In this document: one piece after another, positions 1-13,290 of the stretch | Layout: each line of letters opens with the position of its first letter | Position numbering within the stretch: position 1 is the stretch's first letter | Assembly: GCF_006345805.1 (NCBI RefSeq) | Contig: NC_042998.1 | Location: 183,644,001-183,708,000 of the forward strand | DNA: 64,000 bases | Source of the DNA: Octopus sinensis | Lineage: Eukaryota | Direction of reading: 5' to 3' | Notes under the pieces: generated by a model | Databases searched by the model: none | Seen by the model: the letters and a program-made list of their open reading frames with translations, nothing else | Told to the model about the DNA's origin: nothing | Made by a program: the position numbers and the translations under genes

Positions 1-446
1 TAGTCAAGACTATTTAAGCATTTTATCTGATCAAATTCATCCTATGGTTGCGGAACTGTTTCCAGAGGGAAACACAATCTTTCAGGATGATAATGCACCA
101 ATTCACACAGCTAAACTTGTTACTAAATGGCACAAGGAAGATTCTAGTGAAGTTGAACATCTTATCTGGCCACCACAGTCCCCAGATCTCAATATTATTG
201 AACATTTATGGTGTATTTTATAAAAACAAGTAAGGAGTTGATATCCTTCAACATCTTCACTACAAGAACTGGAGACTGTTTTAGCTGAAGAAAGGGCAAA
301 AATTCCTTTGGAAACAATTCAAACTTTGTATGAGTCCATACCTTGTAGAATTCAAGCTGTAATTACTGCCAAAAGTGTTCCTACCCCATATTAAAATAAA
401 TTTGTTTGAAATTTTAAGGTGTTTCCATTATTTTTTCCAACCCCTA
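1..446 (+). mobile_element. Tc1-family transposon 3' remnant (decayed DDE transposase C-terminus plus 3' TIR)
   Basis: Translation FQDDNAPIHTAKLVTKW...WPPQSPDLNIIEHLW...SIPCRIQAVITAKSVPTPY* with internal stops; ends in gtttccattattttttccaacccct then TA. Confidence 0.9.
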
Positions 447-639
447 TATATATATCTGAGTACAGATAAGGGCTGACAGTTTAGAAAGTGTTTAAGGGTT
501 GATAGACTGTCACAGTGGGAGATGACTATGTAAAGTGATTCAATGTTCATAGTGAAAAGAAATTTGGACAGTCAAGAAAGAAAAGAGAATAGTCTTTCCT
601 GCATCACCTCTCCTCACCTTCAAAAAAGGATAGGAACCA

Positions 640-1016
640 TGACAACCTCCTAGCGGGAAGCTTCATAGCATCTGGCCCCATACAATGAGGGACTTTTAAG
701 TGTACTTGCCAATGATGTAATACCTGTCCCTACACTACAACCATCACTGCGCTAACTTACGATGTCACATTAGCCAGAACTTCTGTTGTACATCTTCCAA
801 TATTGTATCATTTGTAAACTTTGTGGTGCTATTTCATATTGTGGAAACAAGCTGATACCTTGCCAATTGCTTTTGGGAGAACATTTGAAACATACCACTA
901 CATATATCTGGGTAACCTGCAACATCTCCACATACCATGGGTCCACATACTCAAAGAAACAGAAGGAACATTTCATATTCAAACTTGGTGCCATATTATC
1001 AACAGGTTTAAATTAA
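640..1016 (+). mobile_element. Penelope-like element remnant (GIY-YIG endonuclease C-terminus)
   Basis: CIICKLC-like motif and terminal EHFIFKLGAILSTGLN* typical of PLE endonucleases; frameshifted. Confidence 0.65.
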
Positions 1017-1859
1017 TGTTTTCTATTTCTTAGATCAGTAATCGCTTTCTTATCTGCCAACTCCTCTTTCATCTCAATTTTCCCCCTCAACTCCACCTAC
1101 AGCTTTTCCCCATTTCTTTCCATTTTATTTCTCTTTAGCCCCATTTGCCCAGTTTCTCCCTTCTATTACTTCCTGTTTATGCATGAAGCTCACAAGGTCT
1201 TGCATTCTTTATCACTTACAGCAACTGTATGTGAACTGTATCTTGGTTATAGAGAATTCAGCAAATTCATATGATGGTAAAAAACAAAATTCCATTTAAA
1301 AAATAGTTGAAAAATAAAGACTGAAGACCTTTCATCTACAATTAACATTGGGGATTATCTTCTGAGGTTATAATGTAACCAACCCAAAGGTATCTTATAT
1401 CTTTAAAGTGTTGTTCTTCAGTAATAGGAGGAGTTCTTAAAAAAAGAGAGATAAGAGTTTCAGTAAACTTCCTTTTAGGACAAAGTAGCATACTAGTAAC
1501 TACTAATAAAATCAAAAGTATTACATTAAAGAAAATAACGTGGGGATAGGGGGCATTTAATTATATACATGATGCACTATGACCTATTTATCAATCCCAT
1601 TAACCTATTTTATAAATAAGTATAAGTCTTTAGTTTGATCTGTTCAAACCTCCACAAAAATTGACATTATAAAGTCTTGTCTCACAAACCACATCCACTA
1701 CCATCATAGATGCCACAGCTACCTTTTTCTTGAAACGTGTTTATACTTGGTTAAGACACAAACTGGAAGTTCCATAGGTTTAAAATTTTGATTAATCGTT
1801 TTAATGAAAAACGTTTGTAGAAGATAGTGTAAAACTTTAAACAAACATGCCAAAAAAAT

Positions 1860-2360
1860 TTTAGGGTTAGAGTCTGGTCCTGTCTGGTCAAGTTTGGTCT
1901 GGTCTGATCTGGTTTTGACCTGTCTGGACTGGACTGATCCAGTTTGGACCAGTCTGATCCAGTCTGAACTGGTTAGAACCAGTTTGATCTGGCGTTGGCC
2001 AGTCTGATCTGGTTTCAATCGGTTTGATCTGGTTTGGACTGGTCTGGAGCAGTCTGATCTGGTTAGGGTTAGGGTTAGGGTCTGGTCTGGTCTGAACTGT
2101 CTGATCTGATTTGATCTGGTGTGGACTTGTCTGATACGGTTTGATCTGGTTTGCACTGGTTAGAGTTAAGGTCAGGGTTTGATGTTTGATGAAGTTGATA
2201 ATGTTTGATAAAAATGTTTGATACTAGAGAATGTTTCTTAAATATGATAATGTTTGATGAAAATGTTTGATGGATATACATTTGATGAAAATTATTGATA
2301 AAGTTATTTGATGAAGTTGATGAAGATGAGATGTTTGATGAAAATGTTTGATAGATGTGA
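1860..2360. repeat. Composite minisatellite: degenerate (TCTGR)n pentamers with TTAGGG blocks, then (ATGTTTGATRAA)-like units
   Basis: Directly visible periodicity; ggttagggttagggttaggg at about 2061-2080. Confidence 0.85.
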
Positions 2361-3037
2361 CTGGTGTGATCTGGGGTTGGAACCAGAGTGTGTGGGGGTG
2401 TGGCATAGAAAAGTGAATCTGGGGCAATCTGTCAGTAAAAAAGAAAATTTGATAGCACCCAGGAATGAACAAAGAGTGGTAAATATATAGAGGTAGGATG
2501 AAGGAGAGAAGAGGTGATTCAGCCAGTAACTGTGAGTGAGCATCACATTGCAGGTAGGGGTTATGTCAATTTGTAGCAAACTGAAAAGTGACTTTTCTTT
2601 TTTTTTTTTCTGTGAGCACAGCAGTTACATGATGTGGGTGATGGGGAATATGAGTTACCATTGAAGCAGTCTTGGTTGGATTGTTTAACCACGCCTTACT
2701 CAAAATAGAGTGCCTAGGTGCAGTACATTGTATTCTTACATTGTTACGAAAAACTATATCATTCTTCAGAGATAGTATTTAGAGTAATGTCTTTGTTTAA
2801 TTATGGAGTAAATATGAAACTGTTATAACAAACATACATATTAAATTTAATTGTGATTGACACGTGTGTTTATACTAGAGAGCGTCTCTTAAATTGAAAT
2901 TCTGTTGAGCAAAATACATAAAAGAATATGTCTATTCTAGTTGTGTAAAAGGAATAGAGGAAGTACTTGAACACATCCTGTGACATTAACCTCATCATGA
3001 CCCTTTGTAAAACATGTTGAAAGATTACATATTCCCC

Positions 3038-3190
3038 AAATGCGATAATTTTGGTTACCATAATTGACCAATAGTACTCGAGTATTGTTATGTAAGAGAA
3101 ATGTGTAAAAAGCATCAATCTCATTAGTACCATTTGTTTAATGAAAAGAGACATTATTCCCACTGAAGAGAAAATTTCCTCTGGTAATAT
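3038..3190. repeat. Inverted duplicate (arm 1) of 7305-7457
   Basis: About 153 bp reverse-complement match with only a few mismatches. Confidence 0.9.
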
Positions 3191-3593
3191 TCATTAATCA
3201 ACCAAATTTGTTTTAGTATAATTAGTTGAAAAAATATTACTGCCAAATTAATCCATTAGCATTAGAAAGGATTTTCCTATATTAAAATTGTAGTTATTTT
3301 TTCTAAGTCAACAACAGTCTAAATTTGGATACTTTTTTGAAAAAGGGGATTCACTGAGGAAAGTGAAAAAAAAAAAAAAAAAAGAGAGAAAATGATTTAA
3401 ATGTAAAACAAAAGATATGTCGTATTTTCACATTTTTTCTTCTTACTTTAGGCTATTTTTCAATGTAAGGGTGAATTAGGTTTGCAAATTTAGATGTTTG
3501 TTTATATTATTTAAATTATTCCCCCACACTCCAGTTCAATATCTTTCCTTATACCAAAGATACAATTGCCATGTAGAAGAAGCATCTACTTAC

Positions 3594-3651
3594 AGCTAAA
3601 AATACTGAAGCAAGCAGATTCCATGCATTATAAAGGATTTGTTCTTGTAAT
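3594..3651 (-). other. Candidate 58-nt exon (LQEQILYNAWNLLASVFLA)
   Basis: tacttgtttcaag| ... |gtaagt; open frame, phase 2 to 0; no homology recognised. Confidence 0.25.
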
Positions 3652-3779
3652 CTTGAAACAAGTAGTAGTAAGCTTTAAAATCTGTAATTCTCTTTATGTA
3701 TGGAAATAGACTTGAAGTAAAAAAAACACCATTGATTGACTTCATCAAATACTCTCTTTTTTTAAAAAAAAACAAACAA

Positions 3780-4062
3780 AACATTCGAGCGAGGTCTTTG
3801 CCAGTGCCGCTGGACTGGCTCCTGTGCAGGTGGCACATAAAAAGCACCATTTGAGCGTGGCCATTGCCAGTACCACCTGACTGGCTCTTGTGCCGTTGGC
3901 ACGTAAAAGTACCCACTACACTCTCGAAATGGTTGGCATTAGGAAGGGCATCCAGCTGTAGAAACTCTGCCAGATTAGATTGGAGTCTGGTTCGCAAGAC
4001 CTCAGTCAAAATCGTCCAACCCATGCTAGCATGGAAAGCAGACGTTAAATGATGATGATGAT
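3780..4062 (+). mobile_element. RTE-LINE 3' UTR-derived repeat with (GAT)n tail
   Basis: gtgccg(g)tggcacgtaaaaagcacc units, ggttggcattaggaagggcatccagc, ccaacccatgctagcatggaaa...gatgatgat; same 3' end follows the RTE ORF at 43858-44820. Confidence 0.8.
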
Positions 4063-4874
4063 GTACTGTTCTAAGACAATGTTATTCTCTGAAATAAGTG
4101 GTCAGTCATTCTATAACAGAAGAATAAACAGAACCATCAGTTGATGAGACTGAGGACAATAGAGTCTATGGATTGGTAATGTTCACAAATGATGCAGGAT
4201 GCGTGAAAAAAAATGCTAGGAAATGATGGTGAGAAATGTCTGCTGCAAGATATAGAACCAACAAAATATTGAGAAGTTTTGTATGAAGGTTCTTGGGTCA
4301 GATTTCAGAAAAATAAATTCCATAACAGAACAAGTTGTTGTCTAATCCTAGGTTGGCCCCGAGAAAGTTAACTTATGGATAAAGGCTTTTCAGTCATGCA
4401 ATTCCATCTTTTTTGGTATTAAGGGTATTCAGCCATAAAAACCATGCCAAAGCAGATACTGGAGCTTGATGAAGTCCTCTGGCTCCTGTTGAACCATTCC
4501 ACCCATTGCTAGCATGGAAAATGGATGTTAAATGATGACAGCGTATCTAGGCCTACATTATGTTCTTTCCTTTTTAAGACAGTGGAGTGTAATTAGAGGG
4601 AGAGCTGGCTGCTACATCTAGCAGAGCATAGAGGCTCCCTCATTGGTTTGGTAAATAAGTTTGTCTACCACAAGGAGAGATATCTTCTAATGTTTTGGAT
4701 AGATATTTTTTTGCTGAAGAATAAAATAGGATATTCAAAAGATGGGTGTCATAAATATAACTACAAATGACACATAACGTTATGATGCACAGAGAAATAT
4801 TATATTACGGAACTTGTTCAACCTATGCCATTATTAAGAATTGAATGTTAAACCAACAAAGACCAATAATATCT

Positions 4875-5300
4875 TTTATCTTTTACTTGTTTCTGTCATT
4901 AGACTGTGGCCATGCTGGAGCACCACCTTGAAGAATATTTAGTTGAATCTATTGACCCCAGTACTTACTTTTTTAAAGCCTGGTACTTATTCTATTGGTT
5001 TCTTTTGATGAACTGCTAAGTTACATAGACATAAACATACCAGTAGCAGTTGTGAAGCAGTGGTGGTAGTGGTGAGACAAACACATACACACACACACAC
5101 ACACAAAGATATATATATATATATACATGTATACGACAGGCTTCTTTCAGTTTCCATCTACCAAATCCACTCACAAGACTTTAGTTGGCCTGAAGCTATA
5201 CTAGAGAACACTTGCCCAAGGTGTCATGCAGTGGGACTGAACTCAGAACCACATGGTTGGGAAGCCATGCATGTGCCTAATATATACTACACAGCCATGC
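4875..5300 (-). mobile_element. tRNA-derived SINE family A (diverged copy)
   Basis: Reverse complement of the 52992-53400 type. Confidence 0.8.
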
Positions 5301-5499
5301 ATGCGCCTAATATATAAATGATTCAATAAGATAAAACCCATTTCATATATCTGATTTCAGGATTGTATCCCACAGCAGGTATTGCATTTTGTAGTGATTC
5401 TGTGCAAGATATTTTACATGTTTAAAGTTTCACACTTCCGATGCTGTCCTTGTCCATATGCATCACATGACCATACCAGTGTTCTCTCCCTTGCACACC

Positions 5500-6140
5500 A
5501 CATCTGAAGCTGGGCATAAGAAGCATCAGATGTGGTATGCAAGAAAGATGACTGTGCTGGTATGGTCATGTGATGCATATGGATGAGGACAGTTGTGTAA
5601 AAAAGTGGTGATCTCTAACTGTGGCAGGAACCTGTGGAAGATGTAGACCCAGGAAGACATGGGACAAGGTGGTGAAGTATGATCTTCAAATGTTGGGCAT
5701 AACTGAGGCAATGACAAATGATCGAGATCTTTGGTGATATGTTGGGGTTGAGAAGACCCATCAAGCCAAGTGAAATCGTAGTAGTAGCTGATGCTGGTCT
5801 CACATAACAGGCACAGAAAAAGCACCCTTTAGATGTTGGGCCTTACAGAGGTGATAAATGACTGAGATGTTTGGCGATAAGTCGTGCTTGAGAAAACTCG
5901 TCAAGCCAAGTGAAATCATAGTTGTGACCAATGCCAGTGTCACATAAATGGCACATGTGCTGGTGGGATGTAAAGAGCACCCATTACACTCTTAGAGTGG
6001 TTGGTGTTAGGAAGGGCATCCAGCTGTAGAAATTATGCCAAATCAGATTGGAACCTAGTACAACTCTCCAGCTTACCAGTTTCAGTCAAACCCTCTAACT
6101 AATATCATCAGGGAAAGCAGACACTAAATGATGATGATAA
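5500..6140 (+). mobile_element. RTE LINE 3' end (ORF C-terminus plus 3' UTR)
   Basis: LGIRSIRCGMQERRLCWYGHV...RPRKTWDKVVKYDLQMLG; (GAT)n tail. Confidence 0.8.
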
Positions 6141-6859
6141 AACTGGCCATATCTGACCTAAGTATTGTACATGTTTTTTGGTCAAACCAGTGCAGATATA
6201 TCCTTTCATATCATTCTAAAAATAAACGTACAATGTTATTCTAAAAATAAATGATCACATCATCTGAAATCTTGAAGGTATGAGATAATACATGATAAAT
6301 TTGAAACAATGTGGCAAAAACAAACAAACACAACATTTGACAGAGTAAGCTAAATACTGGAGGGTTAAGGAAATTTTACTTTGGTTAAAGCCTTTCTTAA
6401 GCTTATCTTTAAGTTACCATAGTGTGAGAGAAGTCAACTCTTATATATGATACTTATCTATTATAGATTGTAGTTAAAAAGTAGCTTCAGTGAACTTAAG
6501 CTGAGATAGTTTACAGTTACAGGAAGTAGCTAATCAAACACTTCAGAATCCTTTACTAACTCAACATGTGAAATACAGAGTAGATTTTGACAATTTAGCT
6601 CAATAAGCAAGTGGGTACTTAGTTTTTCCACCTCAGGTAAAGGAAGAGTTTATGTCAATCTTCACAGGATTTTAAAGTCAGGTCAGTAAGTCATCAATAG
6701 CTACTTGTGATATATGCTTGTCTACTATAACACATTATTCTCTCATTAAGTATACAACTTATCATCGGATAATACAGAGTTAGCTGAATGGTCAAGCTGT
6801 TCACTTCACAACCATGAAGTCTCTGGTTTGACCCCATTGAGTATTATCTTGAACATATA

Positions 6860-7255
6860 GGTGCAGGTATGGTTGTGTGGTTGAGAAGCTTACTTTACAA
6901 CCATATGGTTTTGGGTTCAGTTCCACTACACAGCACCTTGGGTGTCTTTTACAGTAGCCTCAGACCAACGAATGCTTTGTGAGCGAATTTGGTAAACAGA
7001 AACTGCGTGGAAACCTGTAGTGTATATGTGCATGTTTGTGTGTGAATCTGTTTCTGTTCATCCTCCCACCCCGTTATTGCATCACAGCCATTGTTGGTTT
7101 GTTTATGTCCTCATAATTTAATGGAAACTGATAGAATCAGAACTAGACTTTAAACAAAATGAAATAGGAGGTTGATTTGTTCGAACAATCCCTTCAAGGC
7201 AGTGCTCCAGCATGGCTGCAGTCCAATGATCGAAACAAGTAAAAGATGAAAGATA
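6860..7255 (+). mobile_element. SINE family A (diverged)
   Basis: Head and tail motifs of family A. Confidence 0.75.
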
Positions 7256-7304
7256 AACTGCTTTTACTATAGCCTTGTGTTGACTCAAATTTGTGAAGGA
7301 AGCC

Positions 7305-7457
7305 ATATTACCAGAGGAAATTTTCTCTTCAGTGGGAATAATGTCTCTTTTCATTAAACAAATGGTACTAATAAGATTGATGCTTTTTACACATTTCTCT
7401 TACATAATAATACTCAAGTACTATTGGTCAATTATGGTAACCAAAATTATCGCATTT
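7305..7457. repeat. Inverted duplicate (arm 2) of 3038-3190, followed by 33-bp and 21-bp tandem duplications
   Basis: atttgtacagatggtaactgtaaggaagcctac x2 and tgttgattttaccagagaatt x2. Confidence 0.9.
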
Positions 7458-8632
7458 GTACAGATGGTAACTGTAAGGAAGCCTACATTTGTACAGATGG
7501 TAACTGTAAGGAAGCCTACAGAATGGGCTATAGCTGTAATTCAAAGGTCTAGCCTTGCCACATTTGTGTCCTGTTGATTTTACCAGAGAATTTGTTGATT
7601 TTACCAGAGAATTACATTGAACATACATGTGTCTGTGGAAAACCCAGCCATTTTGCATGCAAATTCAATGCGTTGGTTCTTCAGATGACTGGATGCTCAT
7701 ATGCTTAAACTGACAACAAGTCCAGTCATACAACCCATCGCAAAACCTTATCGTTGGAGTTCTAGTCATGTTTATCTTGTAGTTATACCGAACATGTTTT
7801 TTAATCAGACCTTAGATCAGGCCTAGTGAGAACACATTGCTGCTAGCTATAGGCACTGTGAAAAATGCCTAGGGTGATGGATAGGTAGAATTGATGAAAC
7901 ATCAAACAAAAAGCCTTGTGATATTTCATCTGGCTTTTTATATACTTAGTTCAAATCCTGTCAAAGTTACTTTTGCTTTTCATCTTGCTGAGATCAATAA
8001 AATAAAGTACCAATCAAGTACAGGGATTGATGCAAATGTCTACTGCCTCCCCACCTATCCCTCAAAATGACTGGCCTTGCATACGAATTACAAAGTAAAA
8101 GTAGTCTCAATATTTATATTTTAAGAATCATGGCTCACTAAAATAGAGAAAGATATTGATTTTACATTTTAGTTCTTTGTGTCAATCAAAATATTTCCTT
8201 TTTCCTCTGTTATTTTAGATGAGTTACCTCATTATATTTTTTTTTAAATAAATAGCTACTGTAATAATAATCTTGTGTATTTCTCTGTCACAACATATGA
8301 ATGAGAAAGGAAGGGGTGATAGATGAATAAGGAAGGAAGGGGTGATGGCAAACTTGGTAGTGGGATGATGGAAGTTCTACAGTGTAAAAAAAAAAAAAAT
8401 CAAACAGTATTTCAACTCTGTGTGAGTATATGTGTGTGTATGTAAAAGTGAGTCATTGGAATGTTTGTGTGTGTGCATGTGTGTGTGCATGCAATGGAGG
8501 TGGGATAGTGAACATTCAATGCTGAAAAGAAAAATCAAAGAGTATTTCAACTCTGTGTGGGTATATGTGTGTGTGTGTGTGTGTACAAAGGAAGTATGTG
8601 AATGTTTGTATCTATGATTATTTTATACCTTA

Positions 8633-8996
8633 TCTCTATATATATAAACGGCAAAATGTCTGCGTGTGTGTCCTTTATACAAATCCACAATTTTTCAGTT
8701 AGAGGGCTCGCACTTTCTATGGTCATTCAAAACCATCCAAGGGTGGTCGTGCACATCTTTACATTTCCCCAGTCACCCTGTAAAGCCATTAAAAAATCAA
8801 TAGAAGTGACTTTTTTGTGAATTTTCTATCCAAAACCCAATCAAAATGCTCGAAACTTGATACACCAATTGAATGCCAGCTAGCTGTATGCGATTGGTCG
8901 GAGATTTGGACAGTACTCGCATGCATGTGCGCACGCACGCAGCTGTATATGCATGCACTAGCCCTATGACCTGGCGTTGCCGGGTCATAGCGCTAG
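8633..8996 (+). mobile_element. Non-autonomous Helitron
   Basis: A|TC start, subterminal hairpin ctatgacctgg-cgttg-ccgggtcatag, CTAG|T end, no TSD. Confidence 0.8.
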
Positions 8997-9275
8997 TTTA
9001 TATATAAAATACTACATTTGGCTGTTATTTTTGACCAGCTAGTTCTTTACAAACTTCCTGCAAGCTACAAGACCTTAGAGCAGTATATGTACTAAATTGT
9101 TGTATGATTTGCAGGCTTGTAGTCCAAAATTTTCAGCTGATAAATATTGTTTGACTGAAAGATCTGGTCATTACAGAGGTAGTCAACAGAATGGATAGTT
9201 ATACAGTTAGGTTGATAGCGATAAGGGGAAATACATTGAAAGTATTTGAACTCTGAATTTGAAATAAATTAAAAA

Positions 9276-9405
9276 CTAGAAAAGCACTTGGAGAGCACAG
9301 ACCTCCACCAAGCAGCTCATTTCCACCCCTATACACACATACTGAAAATCGCTCAATTTCTCAAACCAACGCTGGCAAAAACATAACCTCCTTGGCAGGG
9401 TTCAA
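9276..9405 (-). mobile_element. Helentron/HINE-like short element
   Basis: ctagaaaagcacttggagagcacagacctccaccaag ... aacataacctccttggc; part repeated at about 9581-9607. Confidence 0.5.
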
Positions 9406-10184
9406 AAAAATAACACAGCCAATTGATTTTTTTAAAAAAACCCTTTAAAAACAGGAATCATCTGAAGCAGTTATAATACATCAATGAGAACAGCAAGCTA
9501 GTTTCACAGCGGCGATGGAAGGAGCAAAGCCTGAGATTTTTGAGTCGATCCCAATAGTCAAGGCTTGTCATGTCATCCTCCGCAGACCTCCACCAAGCAG
9601 CTCATTTTAAGATAGATACACGAGTAAAATTACTAATAGAGAAATTAAAATATACTTTGGAAACAGCAATGCCACTATAGGTTAAGTGGAAACGATGAAC
9701 GTGTTTTCGAGGGTCTCCCTCTTCCACAACTTCCCTCCTCTTTTAGCGACTGGCACTTCGTAATGTCTTTATCCATCCACAATGTTATTCATAATTTTGT
9801 TATACATAAATATGATTAATAAAATAAGGTAAGCAATAGTTTTCTATAAATTTTTAACTTGAAAATGACCTTTTAAAAAATTCCCATGCAAAGAACACCT
9901 GTATTTTTTTTATATTTGATCTCTAGGGCAACATAAAAGCGAAAAAGACTGAGACCCACAATTCTAAGATTAGCCATCTTTAGTAGCAACCTTTAAAAGG
10001 TTCCCTTCATTCCATCACCTGCTTTACAAACAAGTGGTAATGTATTTCATTATCTGTTCCCAAGTTGTAACCTCAAATGTGTTGTAGGTGTCTCAGAAAA
10101 AAGGCATTTCATTCTTCATAACTCAGTTTACCTGCTGGTGGGAATAGTTACAGGATCTTTTGAAAAATATTATCAGCAACATAC

Positions 10185-10220
10185 CTGTGTTCTTTCCAAA
10201 GAAAGATTAAGCTTTTATGA
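10185..10220 (-). other. Candidate 36-nt exon (HKSLIFLWKEH-R)
   Basis: ttctttggatttag| ... cag|gtatgt; only one frame open (phase 2-2), compatible with 3594-3651. Confidence 0.25.
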
Positions 10221-11080
10221 CTAAATCCAAAGAAATATTGAGCTTACTCCTTTAGCATTCACATTCTGTCATTCACATTTTTAAAAAATTAATCATGCAT
10301 TATCTTGTAGCTTTGAGATTTTGATGACGTGGATGTTTATTTTTAGAATGGCTTTGTAAGGTAGGTGTGAAATCTGGCCAGTTTGAACATAAAACAGGTA
10401 GAATATTTTAACCTTATATGACCAGTTTAAATGTTACAGGGCTAATGAGTCCTGAAAGTTTTAGTAGAGACATTCCTTTTTTAAATTAGTCTATTTTTCA
10501 TAGAATAGTTTAATTTCATGCTATTTTATCCACAGCCTGTATATCAATTAACCTAATTTTTACAGTACATTTTAAGGTCCAACTTCATTTCTGTCTGAAG
10601 CTAATCTAAATAGAAAACATGCAATGAATTTAATAGCTTCAACTTATTGTAATATATTCTTTTCCATGATAAATTCTTTTATACAACACCCACTCTCATT
10701 TCAAATCCAGAACAGAACTAGTTTTACTTGGTAATACCTCAAAAACTTTCAAACTGTTGAAAGGTAGAAGTGTAAGCCAGTGACAACATAACGTCAAGTG
10801 TTACGGAGAATATCAGAATATCGCTGGTTTAAGGAAAAGGTAGGAAGGGCCAGGACAACTGATACATCATGTGCCAGAAGTAAGTTATATTGCAGTAAAA
10901 CATAGTGAATGAAGGTTAATGGCCTATGGTTATAGAAGTAATAATATCACTGTGAAAGTAATACCAATATTGCAGTAAGACTGAACCAAAACAGTGATAT
11001 TATGTAGAAGATGAATTCATAAATACATGGTGGAGGAAAATAACTTGTAACTATTTTGTTGTTGTTGTTATTTTGGAATA

Positions 11081-11593
11081 CCATAAATCCTCGAGTATAG
11101 TCTGCCCTTGAGTATAATACGCAGGGGATTTTTAGGGGGCTGTACTTCTGAAAAACCTAAACCTTGTGTATAATACGCACCCCTTCTCTAACTTGAGTCA
11201 AGGAGGTGTATATAACGTCCTTGGTTTGTAAAAATGTATACGGTAATGTCCTTTATTATTATTGTATATATAACATAATGCAAACGTGCAGCTTTTTTGT
11301 GCATTTTGTTTGCAGAAAATAAAGAAATAACAGTAATAACGTTTAATAAATGTTGCTTACTGCAAGTTATGGGCGATTCTTTTATGACTTCATTGCTTTC
11401 AGGCTTAGCTTAAGGTATTTTCGCGCCCAACATCACAAAATGTGTCTGAATAAGCATTGCCAGACAGCAAATAGAGACTAGGACATTGCTTAGAAAATAT
11501 TTTTCATTTTTAACCTCGTATATAGTACGCACTAGGGATTTTGACCTTTAAATTTTGGGGAAAAAAATGCGGATTATACTCGAGGATTTATGG
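11081..11593. mobile_element. Tc1/mariner-superfamily (pogo-like) MITE, copy 1
   Basis: TIR ccataaatcctcgagtata/tatactcgaggatttatgg, TA TSD; inverted sister at 56494-57005. Confidence 0.9.
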
Positions 11594-11799
11594 TACTGAC
11601 CATCTTCAAACAGTTCTACTTGAACAAACTTCTGGTGCAGAAATAACAAATTGGATACATAGGAACAAATACAAAGACAGCCAGGGAGCGAGAGTTAATA
11701 CTGTACACATGTCCAATTTACTACATCATTAAAAGGCTCAAAATGAAAACTGCAAGAGATGAAGATGAGGATCATAATAATGAGCTTTTTAACTTTTCT

Positions 11800-12172
11800 A
11801 TTTTACTTGTTTCAGTTTACTGTGGCCATGCTGGGGCACCACCTTGAAGGGTTTAGTTGAATGAATCAACCCCAATAATTACTTTTAAGTTTGGTACTTA
11901 TTCTATTGATCTTTTTTGTCAAATTGCTAAGGCACAGGGATATAAACAAACCAATACTGGATGAGAAGCAGTGGTGAGGAGAGTGGAGAAACACAAAGAC
12001 ACAAATACACATACATGAAAAGCTTCCACACAGTTTCTGTTTACAAAATTCCCACACAAGGTTTTGGTTGGACTGGAGCTAAAGTAGAAGACATTTACCC
12101 AAGTTGCCATGTAGTGGGACTGAACCTGAAACCACAAGGTAGCAAATGAGCTTCTTACCCACACAACCATGT
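11800..12172 (-). mobile_element. SINE family A (diverged)
   Basis: Family A motifs. Confidence 0.75.
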
Positions 12173-12612
12173 GTGGTGGTGAATAATATTATCAAACAAC
12201 AACAAGCAAAAAAATTGTTAGGAATAAAAACAAGCCAAAATTTTAATTGAAAATAAATTATAATCTAAATTCCTAAACACCAAGTGACTGTTATCGTTGT
12301 TTTTGTTGTTGTTGTTAGTAGTGTCACTTCACATCAGTGAAGAATGAGTCTTTGGATTAGTTTGTGCCATATTTATAGCAATAAGAGCTACTAATTCCCT
12401 TCAGGCATTCATTTAATTGCTGTTGAGCTGTCAGAGAGATTGGGGGATTTTTCAAATATCTTTTTAACGAAAATGAAAAACAAGTGAAAGATTTCAGCTA
12501 TTTCAACTCAAAAAATGAGTTTAGTACTTATATATTTGTGTCTTGTGAGGTATGTTTTGTGTGTGTGTGTGTGTGTGTGTGGAGGGGGAATACACAAACA
12601 CATGATATATTA

Positions 12613-12656
<44 letters not shown>

Positions 12657-12757
12657 TATATATGTAATTTATAAACAAGGGCAAAAGAAAAAAAATTCTC
12701 TGCCAATATGCTGAGAATAGACTTTAAATCGTCAATCACCACATTACATTATATATA

Positions 12758-12832
<75 letters not shown>

Positions 12833-12834
12833 GG

Positions 12835-13290
12835 GAAGCTAGGAGACAGGTTTATTTAGCCAGAGGGGAAGCAGATAAGAAAAAGTTTGCCAATGTACTG
12901 CGCTGTGAAGACCAAAGACTTGAGGAATTTCGTGTTGCAAGACAGTGTGTGAGAGAGAATCGTGATATCGTAGGAGAAAAATGTGTTCGTATGGATGATG
13001 GTTCACTTGCACTAAATGAGGCTGCAAAAAGAGAGGTTTGGAGACGCCACTATGAAAGGTTGCTCAATAAAGAGAATGAATGGGAGAGAGAGAGTTGCTG
13101 AATGTTGACCCAACAGAGGGACCAGCTATCTGAATTAACAGTACCTTGGTAGATAAAGCAATTAAGAGTATGAAGACAGGGAAAGCCCCCAGCCCATCAG
13201 GTGATAAATGAAGGAGTCATACCCAATGACAGGTGTAGCAGTACCATAGTCAACTGCTACAAAGGTAAAGGTGATGCTTTAGATACAAGG
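12835..13290 (+). mobile_element. RTE LINE fragment (pre-RT/RT start), inserted at (AT)n
   Basis: VWRRHYERLLNKENEW, MKTGKAPSPSG, IVNCYKGKGDALD. Confidence 0.85.

Noticed and set aside
1719-2156. 145-aa repetitive ORF
   Set aside because: Translation of the pentamer minisatellite.
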